A stretch of 64,000 bases of DNA from a virus. Taxonomy: Duplodnaviria > Caudoviricetes. Shown here piece after piece: positions 19,682-29,179 of this stretch. The position numbers were made by a program, and so were the translations under genes. How positions within the stretch are numbered: position 1 is the first letter of the stretch; each line of letters starts with the position of its first letter. The notes below the pieces were generated by a model. It searched no databases. It saw only the letters and a list, made by a program, of their open reading frames with translations, and was not told the DNA's origin. The stretch is taken from the IMG/VR virus record IMGVR_UViG_2867207765_000001, positions 1 through 64,000 of that record; one strand, 5' to 3'.

Positions 19682-20002
19682 TCAGTGCTCGTCGCCCACG
19701 AAGCGGGTGCCCGCGGGAACGGTGACGATGAGCGCCGGGTCGGAGTCGCGGTCCGGCCGCTTCGTGAACCGGATGGGCCACGACGGGAACGTGCCCGTGT
19801 TCCGGATGGCGATGGTCCAATCGGCGTCGCTGTCCCGGCGGCCGAACTCCACATCCACGATGAGCGAGCCGCCGTCCGAGCCGATGAACCTCCCCGACCA
19901 CGGACCGTACACGTTGAACTCATCAGCCCCTGGAATCCTGCCTTCGACTTCAACGAGGTCGTCGGACGCGCCGTAGATCAGAACGTCGATGGTGTCGGTC
20001 AT
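19682..20002 (-). CDS. Hypothetical phage-like protein
   Basis: IYGASDDLVEVEG...EF; GAAAGG RBS. Confidence 0.7.
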   Translation of the reverse strand: MTDTIDVLIYGASDDLVEVEGRIPGADEFNVYGPWSGRFIGSDGGSLIVDVEFGRRDSDADWTIAIRNTGTFPSWPIRFTKRPDRDSDPALIVTVPAGTRFVGDEH

Positions 20003-20208
20003 GCGGTCGGCCTTTCAAGGGGAGATGGACGGCCTTCGACGGCGTCGCGGCGCGCGGACGCAAGCCCGTACCGGATGGCACCGCCGACGGACTTCCGATA
20101 CCAAGGGGAGGCGCACCGCAGCGCCACGGAAGCGACCAGGTACGCGACGTGGTCGCGGGTTTTCCCGAACCATGTGTTTGGCGGTGTCGGCAGGGGGTGT
20201 TCTCTCAT
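19999..20208 (-). CDS. Hypothetical protein
   Basis: ATG 8 nt after CGCATAG; stop overlaps next start. Confidence 0.5.
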   Translation of the reverse strand: MREHPLPTPPNTWFGKTRDHVAYLVASVALRCASPWYRKSVGGAIRYGLASARRDAVEGRPSPLERPTA

Positions 20209-20355
20209 GCACGCTTCTATGCGGCGGTCGCAAAGCGTGGGGCGGGATCCGCGCATAGAGCCACAGACAGTCGAGGACACCGCCATGACGAATCTGCACG
20301 AGGGCATCCGCGCCTGGGCGAAGGGCATCTACCCGACCGAGGCCGCGGCGGAGCT

Positions 20356-22000
20356 TGACGCTTCTCAACGCAGGTGAGCATGCTTCTCGCCGCTGAGACG
20401 GAGCGCTGCGGGCGGTACGCGCGGCTCGTGCGTTGTCCGCGCATAGAGGGGGTGTGAGCGGTTCGGCGTTGCGGGAGGCGACGGCACCTGGTGGTGCTGG
20501 GTCGCATCAGCGTGCGTACCGGTTTGCACTGGACCCGACCCCCGCGCAGGTTCGGGCGCTGCTGTCTCACGCGGGCGCGGCGCGGGTGGCGTTCAACACG
20601 ATGCTCGCCGTGGTGCGGGCGAACCTGGACCAGCGGACCGCCGAACGCTCCTACGGGATCCCCGACGTGGAGCTGACCCCGTCCCTGTCCTGGTCGAAAG
20701 TCAGTCTCCGGAATGGGTGGGTGGCGCGGCGGGATACGGTGGCGCCGTGGTGGCCGGAGAACGCCCGGGAGGCATACACGTCCGGCTGCTTCGCCCTCGC
20801 CGCAGCGCTAGACAACTGGTCGAAGTCGCGGAACGGTGCGCGGGCTGGCGCGCCGGTCGGGTTCCCACGGTTCAAGTCCCGGACCCGGTCGAAGCCGTCG
20901 GTGAAGTTCGAAGGCGTCACCGCGAAGCTGCTGCCCACCGGGCACACCATTCACTTGCCGCGCATCGGGAAGGTGCACACCCACGAATCCACCCGGAAGC
21001 TCGGCCGGCTCGTGGAAGCGGGGCAGGCGAAGGTGAACTCCGTCACCGTCTCCTACGACCGCGGCCGGTGGTTCGCCGCGTTCCAGGTCGAGCAGGTCGC
21101 CATCGTCCGGCCGCGACCGCTCGGCCCGAAGTCCGTGGTCGGTATCGACGTGGGGGTGAAGGACCTCATCGTTGTCGCTCGCCCCGACGGCTCCGAAGTG
21201 GAACGGCTCCGCGCCCCGAAGGACCTCGCGAAAGCCGCCGCGACTCTAAAGGCACTGCAGCGGCAGGCCGCCCGTCAGGTCGGCCCCTACGACGTCGTGT
21301 CCAAGCGGCGGCAGCAGCCATCCGCGGGCTGGCTACGCACGCAGGCGCGCATCCGAAAGGTGCACGCCCGGGTCGCGAACCTCCGCGCCGACCGGCTCCA
21401 CAAACTCACCACCCGACTCGCACGCGAGTTCGATGTGGTCGGCATCGAGCACCTCAACGTCCGAGGGATGCTGGCGCGTGCGAAGCCGAAGCCGCATCCG
21501 AGCCGGCCGGGGGTGTTCCTGCCGAACCGGCGGCGGCAGAAGTCCGGACTCGCCCGGTCCGTCGCCAACGCATCCTTCTCGACGCTGCATCAGCAGCTGC
21601 AGTACAAGACGTCCTGGTTCGGGAGCACCCTGGTGCGCGCGGACCGGTTCTACCCGTCCTCCAAAACATGCTCCGGATGCGGGTCAGTGAAAGCCAAGCT
21701 GACCCTCGCCGAGCGGGAGTACGTGTGCACCACCTGCGGCATGGTCATCGACCGTGACCTCAACGCCGCAGTCAACCTCGCCCGCCACGCAGCAGCGTCG
21801 GTAGCGGAGGAGTCAGGTCCGGACGAGGGTAGCTCGTTCGTCAGCGGTGGAGGCACCCAGAAGCCCCAGCCAGCAGCAGCCGGCACGGGCAGGAGCCAAC
21901 GAAACCGCAACCCCACCAGCACCACGGGGACTCCCTCGCCGCAAGGCCAGGGCAGCACTCAACCCAGTGAGACCAGTCTCACCCCAGTTGAGAACTGACA
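20356..22000 (+). mobile_element. tnpB-only insertion element, copy 2 (5-bp TSD GAGCT)
   Basis: GAGCT at 20351-20355 and 22001-22005; termini TGACGCTTCTCAAC ... GTTGAGAACTGACA. Confidence 0.92.
20454..21998 (+). CDS. tnpB: RNA-guided endonuclease TnpB (IS607-type sequence)
   Basis: Paralog of 1893-3434 with intact RuvC D/E/D and Zn finger. Confidence 0.95.
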   Translation: MSGSALREATAPGGAGSHQRAYRFALDPTPAQVRALLSHAGAARVAFNTMLAVVRANLDQRTAERSYGIPDVELTPSLSWSKVSLRNGWVARRDTVAPWWPENAREAYTSGCFALAAALDNWSKSRNGARAGAPVGFPRFKSRTRSKPSVKFEGVTAKLLPTGHTIHLPRIGKVHTHESTRKLGRLVEAGQAKVNSVTVSYDRGRWFAAFQVEQVAIVRPRPLGPKSVVGIDVGVKDLIVVARPDGSEVERLRAPKDLAKAAATLKALQRQAARQVGPYDVVSKRRQQPSAGWLRTQARIRKVHARVANLRADRLHKLTTRLAREFDVVGIEHLNVRGMLARAKPKPHPSRPGVFLPNRRRQKSGLARSVANASFSTLHQQLQYKTSWFGSTLVRADRFYPSSKTCSGCGSVKAKLTLAEREYVCTTCGMVIDRDLNAAVNLARHAAASVAEESGPDEGSSFVSGGGTQKPQPAAAGTGRSQRNRNPTSTTGTPSPQGQGSTQPSETSLTPVEN

Positions 22001-22470
22001 GAGCTCCTCATCCGCACCGGCCTCGCCACCGACGACGCACCCTTCTACAGCGAGACCGACGGTCCGTTCACCGAAGTTCGCGCCGACAAGATCCTCAACG
22101 TCGCCCGGAACTACTCCCACAGCCAGGAGAAGATCCTGCGCCTCGTCGTCTCCCTCCTCGGCAAAGCCGACGTGAACCTCCGAGACGCATTCCGAGGGCT
22201 CGACCGCGCCAACCTCCACGTGGCGCTCGCCGCCATCAGCCACGCCACCGGCGCCCACGAGATGTTCGACAAGGCGAACACGCCGCACCCCAGCGAAGGT
22301 GGACCCGTCGTCGCGTGGCCGACCATCTGAAGCCAGGACCCACGAAGCGGCCCGCCGAACCCGGCAGAGCGCGTCGTCCCGCGTCGAGCGAGACGGTGAG
22401 GCACGACAGGTGAGTCCCCGAAACGTCGCCGTTCCCCTGACATGTCGGCGGCTGCTGCGACGATGTGCGG

Positions 22471-22854
22471 ATGGCTTTCATCGAACACAACCGCGGTCTC
22501 CGTCACCAGTTCACGAACGCCGGCGCTCGCCGTGCAGCCCTTGAACAGGCCGGAGACGCGATCGTCAAGGCGCTCCCGGACGCCGCGAACCGCTTCGCCG
22601 CGATCACCAAGGCGTCCTCCACCGCAAAGAGCGACGATCTGCGCGACGCCTGGGACGCCATCGGCGACGGCGCCAGCAAGGGGCACATCCACGTCTTCGA
22701 CGGCTCGGGCGAGAACGAAGTCAACGCTCGACTGTGGTTCGACGAGGCGTTCGAGAACGGCGTTGTGCAGGGGTACGTCCGAGGTGCAGACAAGGCGCAG
22801 GTCGACGAACTCGCCGCCGCGCTCGAGGCGATCTTCGCGGAGCACGCCGCCTAG
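22471..22854 (+). CDS. Hypothetical protein
   Basis: Coding-like composition. Confidence 0.6.
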   Translation: MAFIEHNRGLRHQFTNAGARRAALEQAGDAIVKALPDAANRFAAITKASSTAKSDDLRDAWDAIGDGASKGHIHVFDGSGENEVNARLWFDEAFENGVVQGYVRGADKAQVDELAAALEAIFAEHAA

Positions 22855-22923
22855 CGAGTGCTCGTTCAGAAGGGCCCGGAACTGCTCGTGCTCGCCCGGC
22901 CCTTCTCCGCTGCGCAGCGCCAG

Positions 22924-22933
22924 CCGCGCACAT
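22924..22933 (+). promoter_or_regulatory. Class B motif CCGCGCACAT (representative of 8 copies)
   Basis: See findings; exactly 7 nt before start codon. Confidence 0.8.
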
Positions 22934-22940
22934 CACAGGC

Positions 22941-23606
22941 ATGACGACCTGGAACGCAGCCGACCACCTCCGCGCCGGTCAAGTCGGCGTCCCTGGCAAC
23001 GCCGGGTCCTTCGCCGGGAAGCGGAACACTGGCGACGACGTCACCCTGCTCGCCCCAGCCGCCGCGTCCGCGGACCCGTTCGCGTTGACCGCGGGTGAGG
23101 ACCGCCGCCGGAAGCGTCGCATCCGCACCGGGGACCGTCCCGACACCGTCACGTGGCGTCCCTCGGACTCCCTCGGCCCCATCCAGTTCGACCGCGGCGG
23201 GCAGGTTGCCGAGCTGACGCTCAAGAGCGTTCTCGTGTTCGCCCCAGAGCAGGGCACCGCCGGCGACACCTGGACCATCAGCCGCGCCAGCATCGAGGAC
23301 CTCGAGGCGCACATCGCACCCGACGAGGACGGCGGACCGTACGCCGCGGCGCTGTTCGACATGCTCGTTCAACGCGGCGCGCTGCGCCCACTCGACGACG
23401 CCGAGCGTGCGAAACTCGGCCCGCAGTACGCCGCAACACAGCGGAAGCAGGGGTCCTTTCACAACGACGAGCAGATGCGCCGGCAGGTCGAGAACCTTCA
23501 CGTCGTCAACCGGGACGCCGTGCTCGCCATTTACCCGGAGCTCACCAAGAACGGCGCCGGATGGCGCACCTACGCCGAACAGACCGGGTCACCGATCTGG
23601 AAGTAG
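22941..23606 (+). CDS. Leader-motif protein 1 (hypothetical)
   Basis: N-term MTTWNAADHLRAGQVGVPGNAGSFAGKRNTGDDVTL; CCGCGCACAT-N7-ATG. Confidence 0.8.
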   Translation: MTTWNAADHLRAGQVGVPGNAGSFAGKRNTGDDVTLLAPAAASADPFALTAGEDRRRKRRIRTGDRPDTVTWRPSDSLGPIQFDRGGQVAELTLKSVLVFAPEQGTAGDTWTISRASIEDLEAHIAPDEDGGPYAAALFDMLVQRGALRPLDDAERAKLGPQYAATQRKQGSFHNDEQMRRQVENLHVVNRDAVLAIYPELTKNGAGWRTYAEQTGSPIWK

Positions 23607-23644
23607 CAGACCGGCAGTAAGTCGACCGCGGGCATGCTTGTGGT

Positions 23645-24631
23645 GTGCCTCCGTTCGAACCAGCGCTTGCCCGCGCCGCCTCCCGCATCCCGCACCAGCT
23701 GCCTGGCGGGGTGCGGTTCGAGCCGAAGTTCGACGGCTGGCGCCTCATCGCAGAACGCTGCAACGGCAGCACCCGCCTCTGGTCCCGACGGAACACCGAC
23801 CTGACCGCTCACCTGCCCGACATCGCGGACGCCGTCGCCGACCAGGTGCCAGACGGGTTCACCCTCGACGGCGAAGTGGTCGTCTGGTCCGACGATGGGG
23901 AACGGCTCGATTTCCCAGCCCTGCAACGCCGGCTGATTACCAGCCGCCGCGACATCACCCAGACCATCCGCGACCACCCCGCGCACTACGTCGTCTTCGA
24001 CCTGCTCACCGTCGCCGGCCGCGACATCACCGCAGTGCCGCTCCGCAGCCGACGCGAACTCCTCACCGAACTCGCCGCCGACTGGCGGCCGCCACTGCAC
24101 CTCTGCCCGCAAACCGACAACCCCGACCTCGCCGAGGAATGGTTCCGCGACATGCCCGCCGCCGGCATCGAAGGCATCGTCGCGAAAGCCGCCAACGCGC
24201 CCTACCAGCCCGGGGAACGCACGTGGGTGAAAGTCAAACACCGGGACAGCGTCGACGTCGTCTGCGCCGCCGTCACCGGCACCCTCACCAACCCACAAGA
24301 ACTCATCGTCGGCCTACCCATCGACGGGGAGCTCCGCATCGTCGGCCGGACTGCACCCCTCGCCACGGCGGCAGCGCGCACCCTCGCGGCGTTCCTCGAG
24401 GAACCCGGCGCCGACCACCCCTGGCCCGAAGAGGTACCAGCCACCACCATCGAACAATTCGGCGGCGGCCGCGGCACCATCCACCTCACCCGAGTGAAAC
24501 CACTCACCATCGAAGTCAGCGCCGACACCGCCTGGTCCGGACGACGCTTCCGCCACACCCTGCGCTACCTCAGACCGCGACCAGAACTGAACCCAGACGA
24601 CGTCGAACTGCCGGACGCGCTCAGACGGTGA
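23645..24631 (+). CDS. ATP-dependent DNA ligase (LigC/LigD-ligase-like)
   Basis: EPKFDGWR, LDGEVV, FDLL, EGIVAK, YQPGER.WVKVK, RFRH...R.R. Confidence 0.93.
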   Translation: MPPFEPALARAASRIPHQLPGGVRFEPKFDGWRLIAERCNGSTRLWSRRNTDLTAHLPDIADAVADQVPDGFTLDGEVVVWSDDGERLDFPALQRRLITSRRDITQTIRDHPAHYVVFDLLTVAGRDITAVPLRSRRELLTELAADWRPPLHLCPQTDNPDLAEEWFRDMPAAGIEGIVAKAANAPYQPGERTWVKVKHRDSVDVVCAAVTGTLTNPQELIVGLPIDGELRIVGRTAPLATAAARTLAAFLEEPGADHPWPEEVPATTIEQFGGGRGTIHLTRVKPLTIEVSADTAWSGRRFRHTLRYLRPRPELNPDDVELPDALRR

Positions 24632-25115
24632 TGGGTGGTCCTCGCGCGGCCACTCACAGAGAAGCGACCGTGGCCCTCGCCACAGCGAACTCGGGCGACC
24701 GCCTGCTCCTTGATAGTTGACAACCGTGCTGAGAACGGGTCTAGGGGTCGCTGCCGGGTGAAATCTCCCTTCAGTCGCCGCTAGCCAACGGGTTAGTCGG
24801 CGGAGCGCGGGGGGAAATCCCTGAGATCGCCGCCGGCGAACAGATTGATGGGCGGATGACACTTCGCGACGTGAGCGATGGCTAGCTCACGAGCCCACAC
24901 TTCATCAGGAGCAGGGGCGAGCGAATGCTTGCACTCCGAGCACCATGCGCTTCGCCACGGGTCGTCATAGCCCAGAGCAGGCAAGTACGTTATGGCCACG
25001 CCCAGGAAGCTATCGGCGTTGGTCATGGGGTGCAACGCACGGCCCTTCGTCCGGTTCCGCATGCGAAACCGTCGCAGGCGGCTCCTCTGCCTGGCTCAAG
25101 AGAGGAGCTGCCGGG

Positions 25116-26318
25116 TCAGCCCTTCACGCAGAGCAGCGTCTGCAGATGCTCGACGACGTCGACGAGGTCGGACTGCGCGGCGATGACCGAGTGGATGTCC
25201 TTGTAGGCGCCGGGGATCTCGTCGATGACCGCCGTGTCGCGGCGGGACTCGATGGAACCCATCTGCTCGTTCAGGTCGTCGAGGGTGAAGCGGCGCTTCG
25301 CCTCCGAGCGGGACATCTTCCGGCCGGCGCCGTGGGACGCCGACTGGTACGACGCGTCGTTGCCGAGGCCTCTGACAATGAAGGAACCCGTGCCCATCGA
25401 GCCGGGAATGAGCGCGAGGTCGCCCTTGCCGGCGCGGATCGCGCCCTTGCGGGTGACGAGCATCTCGCGGCCGTCGATGATCTCCTCCGCCACGTAGTTG
25501 TGGTGGACGTTGATGTCGGAGTCGAACACCACGTTGAGCTGTTCGTAGTGCTTCGCGAACGCCTGCTTCGCGAGCCCCATCATGATCGCGCGGGAACGGA
25601 GGGCGTACTCCTGCGCCCAGGAGAGGTCGCGACGGTACGCGTCCATCTCCGGTGAGCCCTTGAGGAACACAGCGAGGTCACGAGCTTCCTTCGGCAGGTC
25701 CTGGTTGTGCGGCAGTCCCTTCGCGATGGCGATGTGCTGCTCGGCGAGCTCCTTGCCGATGTTCCGCGAACCGGAGTGCAGCGTCAGCCAAAGACGTCCC
25801 TCGGAGTCGGAGCACACTTCGATGAAGTGATTGCCGCCCCCAAGCGATCCCATCTGCTGGTGGGCTCGCTTCTCACGGTCCTGGACGCCGGAATGCAGGT
25901 TCTTGAACTGGCCCCAGAAGTTCGTCCAGCCGCGGTCGAGGCCGAGCTTGCGGACGTTCACCGGGTCCTCGTGGGAGTTGAACCCGACCGGGATTGCGTT
26001 CTCGAGCGATGCGCGCAGCTGCGGGAGACGATCGAGGTGTTCGACGGTGAGGTTCGTGCGAACCGCAGAGACACCGCAGCCGATGTCGACGCCGACCGCG
26101 TTCGGGCTGATCGCCTGCTCCATCGCGATGACAGACCCCACAGTCGCGCCTTTGCCCAGATGCACGTCCGGCATAACCCTGATGCCGTGCACCCAAGGCA
26201 GGTTGCCGATAGCGCGAAGCTGCTGCACAGCCTGCGACTCGACCTCGTGCTCATGCGCCCACATGAGCGTGTCGGTCTTCGAGCCGCGGAGCGGGACGGG
26301 GAACTCGTGGTTCGTCAT
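25116..26318 (-). CDS. rtcB: RNA-splicing ligase RtcB
   Basis: MPDVH.GKG, VGVDIGCG, GSLGGGNHF, LHSGSR, HHNY, RKGA, PGSMG, SHGAGR, DEIP.AYK. Confidence 0.97.
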   Translation of the reverse strand: MTNHEFPVPLRGSKTDTLMWAHEHEVESQAVQQLRAIGNLPWVHGIRVMPDVHLGKGATVGSVIAMEQAISPNAVGVDIGCGVSAVRTNLTVEHLDRLPQLRASLENAIPVGFNSHEDPVNVRKLGLDRGWTNFWGQFKNLHSGVQDREKRAHQQMGSLGGGNHFIEVCSDSEGRLWLTLHSGSRNIGKELAEQHIAIAKGLPHNQDLPKEARDLAVFLKGSPEMDAYRRDLSWAQEYALRSRAIMMGLAKQAFAKHYEQLNVVFDSDINVHHNYVAEEIIDGREMLVTRKGAIRAGKGDLALIPGSMGTGSFIVRGLGNDASYQSASHGAGRKMSRSEAKRRFTLDDLNEQMGSIESRRDTAVIDEIPGAYKDIHSVIAAQSDLVDVVEHLQTLLCVKG

Positions 26319-26366
26319 GGTTCCTCTATGCGCGGCGCGCCGGGGGAGCGGGCGGCGCGGACGGTA

Positions 26367-26699
26367 TCAGCGGGTGATGGCGCTGATGCTGGTGATGGGA
26401 GTGGTCTGTCGGACGGTGCCGACGTAGCCGTCGTCGCCGGTGCGGTCGGGCTTCACGAACGCGATCCGGCCGGGGAGCCCGACGACGAGAAGGAGGCTGT
26501 CGCAGTCGATGGTGTCCCCGTCGCCGTACGCCGCTTCCGCATCGTGGCGGGGGTCGGGCGACACGTCGGCGGGGAGGCGGCACATCGTCACGTGATGGTC
26601 GTCGGTGAGGGTGAAATGGTAGCGGCTGCCGCTTCGGGTGGTGACGGCGTACGTGCCGGCGGGGCTCTCCGTGGTGAGTGTGGTGAGGGCTTCGGTCAT
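26367..26699 (-). CDS. Hypothetical protein
   Basis: ATG 7 nt after GGCATAG; VTTRSGS.Y ... RQTTPI.SI. Confidence 0.65.
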   Translation of the reverse strand: MTEALTTLTTESPAGTYAVTTRSGSRYHFTLTDDHHVTMCRLPADVSPDPRHDAEAAYGDGDTIDCDSLLLVVGLPGRIAFVKPDRTGDDGYVGTVRQTTPITSISAITR

Positions 26700-26752
26700 G
26701 GTCGTCCTATGCCGCACGAGAGGCGGGAGGTGGCCATGGGCGCACTCGAGAG

Positions 26753-27349
26753 CTACGCGATCGCGTCCTGCATCAGGAACGTGCCGCCGTCGGAGATGGT
26801 GCGCCACGACCGTTGACGCGGCTCCTTCAAGAGCACGCGTCCGCGGGTGTCCCGGGTGACGCGGACGTTCTCGTACGTCTGCCAGCCAGTGCCGCCCATG
26901 TACCAGCCATACCGGGCGAGGGTCCCGCGACGAACCTCACCCACGGGGATGTCCGCAGCTTCGTACCCGCCGGCGTCCCGGAACGCCTGCACGTCCCGCT
27001 TCACCTCGTCGAGGCTGTGCATCGTCTGCAGCAGGTAGATGGCAGTGTCTTCGCTGTCGTCGTTCGTGGTCGCCAGCGACGGGAGGCGGCCCTTGAACGA
27101 GTCGTTGTACGGATACGCGCCCTTCTCTTCGAGGTCAGCGCGCACCGCGGCGTACTCCGGGTACAGGTGCCGGACCTGCTCGTTGTCCTGGTAGCGGCCG
27201 TTGAACACGAATGGCTCCGGCGCTGCGGTGGAAGCGCCGAGCGTGACGTCGTCAGCGGGTGAGTGGCCCTTCCCGACGAACGCGCCGCCGTTGCCCGGTA
27301 CGCCCTTCTGGCTTGCGCGAGGATGATCCGACTCATTCCAGGTGGTCAT
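26753..27349 (-). CDS. Leader-motif protein 2 (hypothetical)
   Basis: N-term MTTWNESDHPRASQKGVPGNGGAFVGKGHSPADDVTL; GCACACAT-N7-ATG. Confidence 0.8.
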   Translation of the reverse strand: MTTWNESDHPRASQKGVPGNGGAFVGKGHSPADDVTLGASTAAPEPFVFNGRYQDNEQVRHLYPEYAAVRADLEEKGAYPYNDSFKGRLPSLATTNDDSEDTAIYLLQTMHSLDEVKRDVQAFRDAGGYEAADIPVGEVRRGTLARYGWYMGGTGWQTYENVRVTRDTRGRVLLKEPRQRSWRTISDGGTFLMQDAIA

Positions 27350-27412
27350 AGCCCGGATGTGTGCGGCGATGGTGCAGATGACCATTCGAGGAGAGCCCTC
27401 GACTTGTGGGCA

Positions 27413-28534
27413 CTACTGCTGCGGAGGATCGAGATTGGGTCGGTTTCCGTCCTTCCACTGGTCGAGGACCGCCTTGAGAATGTGGGCTGCAAAAGCATGC
27501 CCCTGACTCATGGTCGCGGGCACAGTGTGGTCGACGTCTTCGTCGACGGTCGTGTCAACACTGATCACATACCCATCCGCGGCAGTGAGCAGGGTCCCGT
27601 AGAAGTTATCGACGTCGTACCCGTCATAGGTGTAGTGGGTGCCACTTGGTCTGTTTCCAGTGTCTTTGTATATGGCGAGACTCAGATCCTCACGGTCCGA
27701 CATCTCAGTCGCACCCTCGCTATCAATGTACGGAGTGATGGAGCAAGCGATGTCGGAGTGGTCTTCCGTTGCCTCCGCAAGCGCGCCGTAGTCGGCGTTC
27801 GGAAGCGAGGTTGAGTAGCCGGAGTCTTCGACGATGCCGGTAAACCATGCGCAGACGTCTTCGCCGGGTTCGCTGGAGGTGTTGCCGTTGGCTTCCGCAG
27901 ATGCGTTTCCGCCGCTGGTGGCGTAGCCACCGCTCACCGTGCTGCTACTGCCCTCTCCGCTCGCTTGCGCTGTCCCGGTGCTGGATGGCGCTGTCACCTC
28001 GACGATGACGCGGAGGGACTTCTCGCCGGGAAAGAGCGATTTCGTGCCAGCGGAATAGGACGCGGTGGCGGGTGCGTCCGTGACAAAGTCCTCGACGTTT
28101 GAGGATCCAACCTGGCGGTCCCACTCGTAGGTGGACGCCGGCATGGTTCCGGCGGTTGCACCGGTCACCGGGGCGTACCCAGTTTTCGCCAGCGCTGCAT
28201 TCACCGCCTGGTGAGTAGTGGACGTCGGTCGGTAGACGAACACGGTGAGGTCGAACTGTGACGGTGCGGAGCCGGCCGACTCGAGGAGATCCGAGCAGAC
28301 AAGGTCTGCGGCGGGTACCGGCGCAGTGACGTTGCGGGTGGCCTCCACGTTGAACTGTCTCTGGTAGAGCCGCTCGAGCGGCGCGACCTGCGGGGTAGTG
28401 CATGACTTCTCGGCAGCGGTCTTCGCTGTCGGCGCCGCCGTCGGCGACGGTGACGGTGCTGTGTGCGCGGAGCAGCCGGTGACGGACGCGGCGACCGCGG
28501 CAGCGAGAAGCAGAGCGATACTGAGCCGACGCAT
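27413..28534 (-). CDS. Lipoprotein
   Basis: Lipobox VTGC after signal peptide. Confidence 0.75.
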   Translation of the reverse strand: MRRLSIALLLAAAVAASVTGCSAHTAPSPSPTAAPTAKTAAEKSCTTPQVAPLERLYQRQFNVEATRNVTAPVPAADLVCSDLLESAGSAPSQFDLTVFVYRPTSTTHQAVNAALAKTGYAPVTGATAGTMPASTYEWDRQVGSSNVEDFVTDAPATASYSAGTKSLFPGEKSLRVIVEVTAPSSTGTAQASGEGSSSTVSGGYATSGGNASAEANGNTSSEPGEDVCAWFTGIVEDSGYSTSLPNADYGALAEATEDHSDIACSITPYIDSEGATEMSDREDLSLAIYKDTGNRPSGTHYTYDGYDVDNFYGTLLTAADGYVISVDTTVDEDVDHTVPATMSQGHAFAAHILKAVLDQWKDGNRPNLDPPQQ

Positions 28535-28630
28535 CGGAACCTCATTCGGGGTTGAAGTCCGCTCAGGTTAGAACAGCGATGGGAGCGGCGACAAGCGTAT
28601 TCCGCTGCGACCCGGACGCGCCGCGCCATC

Positions 28631-29161
28631 TCAGAGGTCGAAGGCGACGAGCTCTCCGGCCGCGGTCCACCCGACCTGAGCGCAGTCGACGGAGCCGGTC
28701 CAGCGGGGGAGAGTGTGGTGTTCCTCCCTGGTGGGCATGCGGACCCGTTCCATGCGGAGGACAGGTACATCGTCGATGAATTCCTCGACGGCGGTGGCGA
28801 TGGGGATCTCCCCGGTCTTGCCGTACCGCTGCGACCAGTTGGCTTCCCGCCACGAGTCGAGAAGCCCCTCTTCGGCGATGGGGACCTTCATGACGTCGGT
28901 GTTGGTGTGGAAGACGATGCGAGTCCGTCCGACCTCGTACGGGTGCTGCTCTGCCAGGGTGTGAGCGAGCGTGACGAAGCGTTCCCGGTCGGGAAGGTTC
29001 GGGTCGCGGAAGATGCCCTCGAGCTCGGTGTGGGTCAGCGGCACCGTCTCAGCGTAGGACGGCACTGGGGCGGACAGCGCCTCGCCGGCGTCCGGGCGGA
29101 GAGTAGCAGCGAACTGACCTCCGGCTCGGACGCCGGCGGGAACACGGGAAGCGACAGTCAC
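28631..29161 (-). CDS. Leader-motif protein 3, protein-kinase-like fold cargo
   Basis: N-term SRVPAGVRAGGQFAATLR; GRTRIVF..VMKVP..E..LRMERV..VD..QVG....LVAFD resembles a minimal kinase-like domain. Confidence 0.65.
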   Translation of the reverse strand: MTVASRVPAGVRAGGQFAATLRPDAGEALSAPVPSYAETVPLTHTELEGIFRDPNLPDRERFVTLAHTLAEQHPYEVGRTRIVFHTNTDVMKVPIAEEGLLDSWREANWSQRYGKTGEIPIATAVEEFIDDVPVLRMERVRMPTREEHHTLPRWTGSVDCAQVGWTAAGELVAFDL

Positions 29162-29179
29162 GCACCCCATGTGCGCGGG

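Larger units (their letters stand above)
20285..22330 (+). pseudogene. 131-aa hypothetical gene interrupted by tnpB element copy 2
   Basis: Removing 20356-22005 restores in-frame MTNLHEGIRAWAKGIYPTEAAAE|LLIRTGLA...VAWPTI*. Confidence 0.85.

Noticed and set aside
20356-20453. IStron (group I intron-IS) explanation for the insertion inside a gene
   Set aside because: Only ~100 bp precede tnpB and no group I core motifs are seen
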